DNA of 12,061 nt from Acidimicrobiia bacterium (GTDB lineage Bacteria > Actinomycetota > Acidimicrobiia > Spongiisociales > JAENVV01): the NCBI GenBank assembly GCA_041628225.1, contig JBFKPQ010000069.1, positions 1-12,061 of the forward strand. The letters are read 5' to 3'. Position numbers and translations under genes: made by a program. The notes beneath the pieces are model-generated. The model saw only the letters and a list, made by a program, of their open reading frames with translations, was not told the DNA's origin and did no database searches. Positions within the stretch are counted from its first letter, which is position 1, and the number at the start of each line of letters is the position of its first letter. This document shows positions 6,556 through 12,061 of this stretch, one piece after another.

Positions 6556-7554
6556 ATGGCACGTGTCCGACTCTTTGCCAACCTGAGAGAACTCGCCGGC
6601 ACTGCGGCTTACGAGGCCGAGGCGTCAACCGTCGAAGGCGTGCTGGCCGAAGCAGTCGAGCGGTTCGGTCCTACGTTCGCGGCGGGCCTCGAGACGGCCA
6701 AGGTGTGGGTGAACGGGGATCCTGCCGAGCCCACCGACCGCGTCGGCCCGAACGACGAACTGGCCGTGATCCCGCCTGTGTCGGGAGGATTCGAGACGTT
6801 GGTCGATCGTGGCGCCAGCTGGCAGGCGGTCGGCATCGGCGTGCTCAGCGTGTTGCTGGTGGTCGCCAACGTGTGGCTGAGCTCGGCGTGGTTCATCGCG
6901 GTCCTCGTCGGGGTGATGGCATTGTGGGCCGTCGACCTCGCGTACGAAACCCGATCTGGTGGACTGGGCGTGCAGTTGCCGCCCATCCTCGCTTCGGTCG
7001 TGATGGGAGCCGTGGCGGCGGCCTGGAGTGCCGCCAACGGCGACGGCTTCATGGGGCTCGGCGTGGCGGCGGTGTTCGCGGTGTTCGCATCGATGGTGTG
7101 GTCATTGGCCGTTCCGGAGGGCCGGGATTTCGTCGTCCTGGCGTCGACGACCGTGATCGCGTTCGTCGCGGCGGTGGCGGTTGCGTCGATCTCGGTGGCC
7201 AGCCTCTTGGCGGGCGCGACGGTGGTGGGTGTGTTTCTCGTGCAGGCCGTCGTAGCGGGTCTGTCGACGTGGCTGGCGGCCCGGGTGGCGATTCTCGATC
7301 CGTTCATCGCCGGTTCGCTCGGTGCGGTGGCGGCCGGTGCCATCGCGGCGCAGGTGTGGGGCCTGGACGTGGTGGTGTATCTGTTGGTCGGTGCGGCGGT
7401 GGCCCTGGCATTGATCGCCGGGCGTGGCTTTGGGGGGATGTGTCGGACGGGCGAAACGTATTTGGTGGACCGTCCGCCGGGTTGGCTCCCGGATCTCGAC
7501 GGCGCGGCGGTCGCGGCGGCGGTCTTTCTCCCCATCCTGCTCCTCGCTACGTAG
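6556..7554 (+). CDS. Fusion protein. An N-terminal MoaD/ThiS-like beta-grasp sulfur-carrier domain (aa 1-78, ending PPVSGG at 6784..6789) is joined in frame to a ~255-aa polytopic membrane domain of about 8 TM. An alternative GTG start at 6523 overlaps the flotillin stop.
   Basis: MARVRLFANLRELAGTAAYEAEASTVEGVLAEAVERFGPTFAAGLETAKVWVNGDPAEPTDRVGPNDELAVIPPVSGG aligns by eye with E. coli MoaD (MIKVLFFAQVRELVGTDATEV...DGDEVAFFPPVTGG), including the terminal Gly-Gly. There is no stop codon after the GG. The same frame continues through hydrophobic helices with high GC3 to the TAG at 7552..7554. Confidence 0.6.
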   Translation: MARVRLFANLRELAGTAAYEAEASTVEGVLAEAVERFGPTFAAGLETAKVWVNGDPAEPTDRVGPNDELAVIPPVSGGFETLVDRGASWQAVGIGVLSVLLVVANVWLSSAWFIAVLVGVMALWAVDLAYETRSGGLGVQLPPILASVVMGAVAAAWSAANGDGFMGLGVAAVFAVFASMVWSLAVPEGRDFVVLASTTVIAFVAAVAVASISVASLLAGATVVGVFLVQAVVAGLSTWLAARVAILDPFIAGSLGAVAAGAIAAQVWGLDVVVYLLVGAAVALALIAGRGFGGMCRTGETYLVDRPPGWLPDLDGAAVAAAVFLPILLLAT

Positions 7555-7610
7555 AAGCGAGCCGCTACGTAGAAGCGAGCCGCTACGTAGAAGCGAGCCG
7601 CTATGTGACG
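7545..7610. repeat. Perfect 18-bp tandem direct repeat, CGCTACGTAGAAGCGAGC, three copies (7545-7562, 7563-7580, 7581-7598) plus a degenerate partial fourth copy (cgctatgtgacg). It lies between convergent genes. The first copy overlaps the last codons and the TAG stop of the upstream + gene.
   Basis: Read directly from the sequence. Each unit contains the palindrome TACGTA. In the upstream gene's reading frame the units read KRAAT* KRAAT* KRAAM*, a TAG stop in each. A possible hairpin, ctcgct-acgtaga-agcgag, lies at 7543..7561. Confidence 0.9.
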
Positions 7611-7620
7611 TGTGAGCTCG

Positions 7621-7992
7621 TCATGCGACGGCGCGGCCGGCGATCAGTCCGAGCCCGGCCGCGACGAGTCCGGCGACGACCGAGCCGACGAGGTTGCCGA
7701 TTGCTGCGGTCGGATGTCCGGCTCCTACGAGTTCGAGTGATTCGACGGTGAAGGTGCTGAAGGTCGTGAATCCGCCGAGGAGTCCGACGGTCAGTCCGGT
7801 GCGGAGGGCCGGATCGGCCATGGGTCGGACGGCGACGAACCCGGCGATGAACCCGAGGGCGAAGGATCCGACGACGTTGACGAAGAACGTCTCCCAGGGG
7901 ATGCCGGGTAGGTCTCGGAGCCACAGGCCGATCAGGTAGCGACCGGCTGAACCGATGGCTCCGCCGACCGCGACGAAGAGGAGGATCCGCAT
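7621..7992 (-). CDS. crcB: Fluoride ion channel/exporter CrcB (Fluc family).
   Basis: 123 aa with 4 TM. MRILLFVAVGGAIGSAGRYLIG...NVVGSFALGFIAG...GLLGGFTTFSTFTVES carries the CrcB hallmarks (GGxxGSxxRY and GxxGGxTTFSTF). Confidence 0.9.
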   Translation of the reverse strand: MRILLFVAVGGAIGSAGRYLIGLWLRDLPGIPWETFFVNVVGSFALGFIAGFVAVRPMADPALRTGLTVGLLGGFTTFSTFTVESLELVGAGHPTAAIGNLVGSVVAGLVAAGLGLIAGRAVA

Positions 7993-8031
7993 GGCTGTGC
8001 ACGATAGGTCTAGGTCCTGGCGATCGCTACC

Positions 8032-9006
8032 GTGACCGCGGTGCGGCGGTGCCTGGTCGTTTTCCTGCTGGTCGTGACGGCGTGCAGCTCGTCTCAGCCG
8101 GGCGATGTCGTGGCGGGCGCGGTGCCGGTCAGCACGGTGGTCAGGCCGTCTGCTTCATCGGTCGCTCCGGTCGCGACGACGTCCACGACCTCCACGACGA
8201 GTCTTCCGACTCCGACGACTATGGCGCGGCCCCCCTATGACGCAGCGACCGCCATCGACCGGATGCTCGCCGATCTCGACCGACTCGGGCGGTTGGGTCC
8301 TCGACCGGCCGGGTCGGAGGCGGAGGCGGCCGTCGCCGACCTCATCGGAGACACGCTGCGAGAGATGGGCCTGGCGCCCGTGGTCACGACGTTCGATCTT
8401 CCGAATGGGTTTGCGTCGTCGAACGTCGCAGTCACGTTGGGTGCCGGCGGTGGCTGGATGATTCTCGGAGCGCACTACGACTCGGTGTCCGCGGGGCCCG
8501 GCATCGACGACAACGGATCCGGAACCGTCATACTCCTCGAGCTGGCGCGCCGCCTCGTGGCAGCCCCACCAGACAGCCATGTCACCCTCATCTGGTTCGG
8601 TGCGGAGGAGATCCTCGACGGTTTCGGCCGGGACTTCCACCACTTCGGGTCGCGAGCGCACCATCGTGCACTCGACGAACTGCCCGAGGTGATGGTGTCG
8701 GTCGACATGGTGGGCGTGGGTCCGCGTCTCGACGCGGTCTATCTGTCCGGCACGTCGCCCGAGGCGGCTTCGTGGGTCGCCAAGGTGGCCCACGAGATCG
8801 GCCTCGACGTCCACGTTCGGGCCGCCGGTCCGGTGTCGGACCACGAGCCGTACGCGCTCGCCGGGATTCCGGCCGTGATGCTGTGGAGGTCGGCGAATCC
8901 GGCGTATCACACGGCCGCCGACACCACCGTCGATCCGAGTCTGATGCAAGACACGTTCGACCTCGTGGTGGCGCTCGTCGAAAGCCAAGGAACCGAGGGC
9001 GACTGA
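8032..9006 (+). CDS. Secreted lipoprotein and M28-family zinc aminopeptidase.
   Basis: GTG start, then the lipoprotein signal MTAVRRCLVVFLLVVTACSSS (lipobox VTAC) and a Thr/Ser-rich linker. The M28 metal-binding motifs are present: HYDSV, DDNGSG, GAEE and DMVG, with further His residues downstream. Confidence 0.85.
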   Translation: MTAVRRCLVVFLLVVTACSSSQPGDVVAGAVPVSTVVRPSASSVAPVATTSTTSTTSLPTPTTMARPPYDAATAIDRMLADLDRLGRLGPRPAGSEAEAAVADLIGDTLREMGLAPVVTTFDLPNGFASSNVAVTLGAGGGWMILGAHYDSVSAGPGIDDNGSGTVILLELARRLVAAPPDSHVTLIWFGAEEILDGFGRDFHHFGSRAHHRALDELPEVMVSVDMVGVGPRLDAVYLSGTSPEAASWVAKVAHEIGLDVHVRAAGPVSDHEPYALAGIPAVMLWRSANPAYHTAADTTVDPSLMQDTFDLVVALVESQGTEGD

Positions 9007-9022
9007 CGGTACGCTGCCGCCC

Positions 9023-10114
9023 ATGCGCAGCCTTTCGGCCCGCCTGCTGGCGTTCGTGCTGGTCGCGGCGGTCGTCGCCATCGCCGAACCTGCTCCCTCC
9101 GTCACCCGCGAAGAGGTCGACGCGGCCTGTGCCGAGAGCGAACAGGCCTTGGCGCGCGTCGAGACCGGCCAGGCGCGTCTCGATGAAGCCGTGGCTGCCT
9201 ATCTCGACGCCGCACATCGGCTGGAGGATGCGGCCTTCGCCGAGTTCGGCCTCCGCTCCGATCTCGACGAACAGAGCCGCCAGGTCCGCACCACGCGAGC
9301 CGAAGTGAGTGAACGGGCGGTCGAGCTGTACATGGCGAGCGCGTCGCTGTCGGCCGACGCGCTGTTCGCCGCCCCGAGCCTCGACGCTTTCTTGACCGGC
9401 CAGAAGGCGGTCACGGCAGCCTCCGAAGAAGACCTCGCCCTCGCCGATGATCTCGAGGCCATGAGCGCCGAGATGGACGATCTCCGGGCCGAGTTGACCC
9501 GCGCCTCGGAGGAACTGGAGGTCATCCGCGACGAGATGGAGGCGTGGGCGTCAGAGACGCAGACGCTCTTGAATCAGGCGCTGTCGGCGTATTGGGAGCT
9601 GTCCGACGAGTGCAGCCGGCTGTACGACGAGTACCAGGCCGAGCAGCGACGTCTGGCCGCCGAGCGAGCGGCCAGGGCGGCCGGCGCGGCCGGAGGGATT
9701 CCAGCCGAAGCGACCCCTGGCTTCCTCTGTCCGATGAGTGGCCCGATCGCGTTCATCAATGACTGGGGGTTCCCTCGGTCGGGCGGCCGGACGCACAAGG
9801 GCACCGATCTGTTCGCGCCTGTGGGCCATCCCCAGGTGGCCGTGGCGGACGGTACGGTTCAGCTGCTCAACGGTGGGCTCGGCGGCATCGGCGTCTGGCT
9901 CAACGCCGATTACGGCATTCGTTACTATTACGCCCACTTGAACGGGTATGCGCCGGGGCTCACGGATGGCCAACGCGTCACGACCGGTGACGTGATCGGC
10001 TACACGGGAAACACGGGGAATGCGAGGACGACCCCCTCGCATCTGCATTTCGGAATCAAGACGGCCGACGGTTGGGTCAATCCGTACCCGACGTTGGCGA
10101 GAACTTGTGGATAG
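9023..10114 (+). CDS. Secreted M23 (LytM-type) metallo-endopeptidase with a long N-terminal coiled-coil region.
   Basis: Signal peptide MRSLSARLLAFVLVAAVVAIAEP, then about 200 aa rich in Glu, Ala and Leu coiled coil. The C-terminal LytM domain has intact catalytic motifs: HKGTDL, YAHL and TPSHLHFG. That pattern is consistent with an active peptidase, not an EnvC-like degenerate activator. Confidence 0.88.
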   Translation: MRSLSARLLAFVLVAAVVAIAEPAPSVTREEVDAACAESEQALARVETGQARLDEAVAAYLDAAHRLEDAAFAEFGLRSDLDEQSRQVRTTRAEVSERAVELYMASASLSADALFAAPSLDAFLTGQKAVTAASEEDLALADDLEAMSAEMDDLRAELTRASEELEVIRDEMEAWASETQTLLNQALSAYWELSDECSRLYDEYQAEQRRLAAERAARAAGAAGGIPAEATPGFLCPMSGPIAFINDWGFPRSGGRTHKGTDLFAPVGHPQVAVADGTVQLLNGGLGGIGVWLNADYGIRYYYAHLNGYAPGLTDGQRVTTGDVIGYTGNTGNARTTPSHLHFGIKTADGWVNPYPTLARTCG

Positions 10115-10117
10115 GAG
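10113..10117 (+). promoter_or_regulatory. Shine-Dalgarno site, AGGAG, 4 nt upstream of the GTG start at 10122 (ataGGAGcaacGTG).
   Basis: Read directly from the sequence. This supports 10122 as the true start over the track start at 10020, which overlaps the M23 gene. Confidence 0.55.
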
Positions 10118-10121
10118 CAAC

Positions 10122-10652
10122 GTGAGCCATCAGCGACGTCGACTCGACATCATCCTCGATCCGGACTTTGTCGAGAACCTCGATTCCCTCGAGCTCGGTG
10201 AACTGCGCGATCGTCGGCAGACCGCCGCCGACGTCGAGTCCGAGCTGTCGTACTACCGGCGACTGCTCCACGGCCGGATGGATTTGTTGAACTTCGAGCT
10301 GGCCCGCCGTTCGGGAGATGAGCAACGCTCGCTCATCGAGGCCTTGCCGCAGATCCTCGCCGCCGGCGAAACGGCCGGTGGCCAGTCGGGCCGCGTGCGG
10401 GGGGAGTTCGATCCGGACCTCGTCGGCCAGGGCAGCCGCCCCATCGACACGGTGCTCCGAGACGACTTCTTGACGCGCATGGGCGACTTCGAGGTCTCCG
10501 AACTCGAGGAGATCCAGACGATGCTCGCCGAGAACGAGCAAGAGGTCTCCGAGAAGCGGAAAGCCGTTCAAGAGCGGTTCGACACGGTCCAGTCCGAGAT
10601 CAGCCGCCGGTATCGAGAATCGGTCGCCGCCGACGACGCCGACGAAGGTTGA
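10122..10652 (+). CDS. RsiG-like coiled-coil protein, a putative c-di-GMP-binding anti-sigma factor. It carries two copies of the E(X)3S(X)2R(X)3Q(X)3D signature, at 10236..10283 and 10536..10583.
   Basis: 176 aa. Motif 1 is E-SEL-S-YY-R-RLL-H-GRM-D, with His at the Gln position. Motif 2 is E-QEV-S-EK-R-KAV-Q-ERF-D, an exact match. The two sit near the N- and C-terminal ends of a predicted helical protein. That is the arrangement described for Streptomyces RsiG, where the two motifs on an antiparallel coiled coil bind c-di-GMP. I did this by eye, not by search. Confidence 0.55.
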   Translation: MSHQRRRLDIILDPDFVENLDSLELGELRDRRQTAADVESELSYYRRLLHGRMDLLNFELARRSGDEQRSLIEALPQILAAGETAGGQSGRVRGEFDPDLVGQGSRPIDTVLRDDFLTRMGDFEVSELEEIQTMLAENEQEVSEKRKAVQERFDTVQSEISRRYRESVAADDADEG

Positions 10653-11584
10653 GCCTGCTCGCCACCGTTCTGCGCAACGGCGTCGTAGAAGCAGAGCACC
10701 ATGGCGCGGTGGCGGTGGTCGACACCGAGGGTTCGGTCGTCGTCGCATCCGGTGACGTGCACCGCAGATTCTACGGTCGCAGTGCTCTCAAGCCTTTCCA
10801 GGCACTCGTCAGCCAGCTCGCCGGAGCCGACTTGACCGGATCTGCTCTCGCCGTGGCCTGTGCGAGCCATGGTGGCCTCCCGATCCACGTCGCCTACGTG
10901 AACCAGATGTTGGAGCAGGTGGGTTTGACGGCCGACGCGCTCGGTACGCCGCCGGGATGGCCATACGGCAAGGGCGAGGACCGCCGCCGTGCAGAGGCGG
11001 GGCAACGCGGTCCCCGCCCCATCTGGCACAACTGCTCGGGCAAGCACGCCGCCATGCTGCGCGCCTGCGTGGCGTCGGGCTGGCCGGTGGGCGGGTACCT
11101 CGAACCCGATCATCCGCTTCAGCTTCGGGTGGCGGCGCTGCTCGCCGAGGTCACCCAGGAAGAGCCGGGCTCTCCCGGAGTCGACGGGTGCGGTGCTCCG
11201 GTGTTCGCCTCGTCGACGCTCGGGCTCGCCCGCGCCTATGCCAAGCTCGCCTCGGAGCCGCGCTTTGCCGAGATCTGGTGGGCGATGCATCGGTATCCCG
11301 CCTTGGTGGCCGAGAATCCCCGGGTCGACCAGGAGATCGCCACGTGGACGGACTCGGCTGCGAAGGTGGGAGCCGAGGGGGCGATCGGTGTCGCCGTCCG
11401 GAACCGACTTGGCGTTGCCGTCAAGTGCTGGGACGGATCGGTGCGTGGCCAGCGCGCCGGGGCCGTGGGAATCATGGAACAGATCGGCGTCCTACGCGGT
11501 TTCCACAACGTGCCCGCCGGAGATCCGGTGCTCGGTGGTGGGCGACCGCAAGGACATGTCCAACCGATGGTGCCGTATGAGTGA
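10649..11584 (+). CDS. Asparaginase-II family protein (PF06089-like; Rhizobium AnsA type).
   Basis: TTG start overlapping the upstream stop (TTGA). GVVEAEHHGAVAVVDTEG...LKPFQAL...HNCSGKHAAMLRAC...GVDGCGAPVF has the NCSGKHA and DGCG motifs characteristic of this family. Confidence 0.75.
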   Translation: MSLLATVLRNGVVEAEHHGAVAVVDTEGSVVVASGDVHRRFYGRSALKPFQALVSQLAGADLTGSALAVACASHGGLPIHVAYVNQMLEQVGLTADALGTPPGWPYGKGEDRRRAEAGQRGPRPIWHNCSGKHAAMLRACVASGWPVGGYLEPDHPLQLRVAALLAEVTQEEPGSPGVDGCGAPVFASSTLGLARAYAKLASEPRFAEIWWAMHRYPALVAENPRVDQEIATWTDSAAKVGAEGAIGVAVRNRLGVAVKCWDGSVRGQRAGAVGIMEQIGVLRGFHNVPAGDPVLGGGRPQGHVQPMVPYE

Positions 11585-12061
11585 GTTCGATCGTCCGGGG
11601 TTCGCCCTGCCTCCAGTTGCCCCGCGCATCGGCCCGTTTTCGAGTGGAGATCTGCTCGAGGTCGTCTGGAAACATCACGCCGACCCCAACGAAGAACTGC
11701 TCGTCGTCGAGCATGGCACGGGGCTTATTCCCTTCTCCTGTGTGGAACGGCGCTGGACCATGGCGGGCTCGGCCGATCTCGTCGACTACCGGAGTCCGTT
11801 GGGTGGGGATCTCGATCCGCTCGTGGCCGAAGCCGTGCGAACCGTCGGCCCGGGCATCGAGTTCTCGTTCGATTCACTGCCGCGCGCCGCAGCCGACGTT
11901 CTGGCCGACGGCCTCTCGGCGTCTGGCCTGGAGAGCGCGGTCCGGCAACACACGGTGGCCGCGGTCCTGGAACTGCCGGACACGTTCGAGGCGTATCTCA
12001 TGTCGATGGGAAAGAAGGACCGGCACGAGCTACGACGCAAACGGCGCCGCTACGAGGCCGC
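11577..12061 (+). CDS. Partial CDS whose C-terminus runs off the window end. CelD/BioF2-like (FemAB-fold) GNAT acyltransferase-family protein.
   Basis: This ORF is absent from the supplied track because it is unbounded. The ATG at 11577 overlaps the upstream stop (ATGAGTGA). It reads MSEFDRPGFALPPVAPRIGPFSSGDLLEVVWKHHADPNEELLVVEHGTGLIPFSCVERRWTMAGSADLVDYRSPLG...FEAYLMSMGKKDRHELRRKRRRYEA. The basic K/R-x-x-LRRKRRR stretch about 150 aa in matches BioF2/CelD-like proteins. The family call is tentative. Confidence 0.45.
   Translation, partial: MSEFDRPGFALPPVAPRIGPFSSGDLLEVVWKHHADPNEELLVVEHGTGLIPFSCVERRWTMAGSADLVDYRSPLGGDLDPLVAEAVRTVGPGIEFSFDSLPRAAADVLADGLSASGLESAVRQHTVAAVLELPDTFEAYLMSMGKKDRHELRRKRRRYEA

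Noticed and set aside
5186-6628. 480-aa ORF on the minus strand.
   Set aside because: It is fully antisense to the well-supported flotillin gene. The translation is Arg/Asp/His-rich low-complexity sequence, a typical high-GC antisense artefact.
7545-7610. CRISPR array.
   Set aside because: The 18-bp units are directly contiguous with no spacers. There are only 3.5 copies and no cas genes, so it is a simple tandem repeat.
6609-7751. Track ORFs 6609..7535 (-, 308 aa) and 6705..7751 (+, 348 aa).
   Set aside because: These are antisense or alternate-frame to the MoaD-membrane gene. Their Thr/Ala/Pro-rich or Gly/Arg-rich low complexity mirrors an Ala/Val/Gly-rich TM protein. 6705..7751 also runs through the tandem repeat and antisense to crcB.
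7993-8031. Possible fluoride riboswitch upstream of crcB.
   Set aside because: The region is only 39 bp and divergent from the next gene. It cannot hold the aptamer and shows no recognisable conserved core.
8155-9217. Track ORFs 8155..9105 (-) and 8588..9217 (-).
   Set aside because: They are antisense to the M28 and M23 peptidase genes. They are Arg-rich and motif-free.
10020-10121. Track start at 10020 for the RsiG-like ORF.
   Set aside because: It overlaps the last 95 nt of the M23 gene. An AGGAG SD precedes the GTG at 10122, and the upstream segment (MRGRPPRICISESRRP...) is Arg-rich and non-helical.
10077-11290. Track ORFs 10077..10748 (-) and 10568..11290 (-).
   Set aside because: They are antisense to the RsiG-like and asparaginase-II genes, and are Arg/Gly-rich artefacts.
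1-12061. Mobile elements, prophage or an integration site.
   Set aside because: No transposase, integrase or recombinase motifs, no terminal inverted repeats, no tRNA and no compositional island are apparent. GC and codon bias are uniform across the window.

Overview
This is a high-GC (about 68-70%), Actinomycetota-like chromosomal segment. It is densely coding, with intergenic gaps of 7 to 66 bp, and I see no rRNA, tRNA, CRISPR array, transposase or integrase. I call 15 protein-coding genes, two of which run off the window edges and are absent from the supplied ORF track.

Gene order:
- 1..773 (-), partial: putative SGNH/DltD/AlgJ-like partner protein.
- 773..2230 (-): MBOAT O-acyltransferase of the AlgI/DltB family. 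It overlaps the partner gene by 1 nt (TGATG).
- 2292..3188 (-): HLD-I haloalkane dehalogenase, DhlA-like.
- 63-bp divergent intergenic region (3189..3251).
- 3252..3932 (+): dienelactone hydrolase.
- 3933..4583 (+): polytopic membrane protein.
- 4606..5202 (+): NfeD/YuaF-like protein carrying a (Asp-X)12 acidic repeat.
- 5219..6526 (+): flotillin (SPFH, FloT/YqiK-like).
- 6556..7554 (+): MoaD/ThiS beta-grasp domain ending in Gly-Gly, fused in frame to a ~255-aa multi-TM domain.
- 7545..7610: 18-bp tandem repeat, about 3.5 copies.
- 7621..7992 (-): crcB fluoride channel.
- 8032..9006 (+): M28 aminopeptidase lipoprotein.
- 9023..10114 (+): M23/LytM peptidase with a coiled-coil N-terminus.
- 10122..10652 (+): RsiG-like coiled-coil protein with two E(X)3S(X)2R(X)3Q/H(X)3D c-di-GMP-binding signatures.
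- 10649..11584 (+): asparaginase-II family (PF06089-like) protein.
- 11577..12061 (+), partial: CelD/BioF2-like GNAT.

The most interesting items are the MoaD-membrane fusion at the end of the NfeD-flotillin operon, the RsiG-like motifs, and the 18-bp repeat that produces serial in-frame stop codons. Many long ORFs in the six-frame track are antisense or alternate-frame artefacts of high GC. Every family assignment comes from reading motifs by eye; none was searched against a database.
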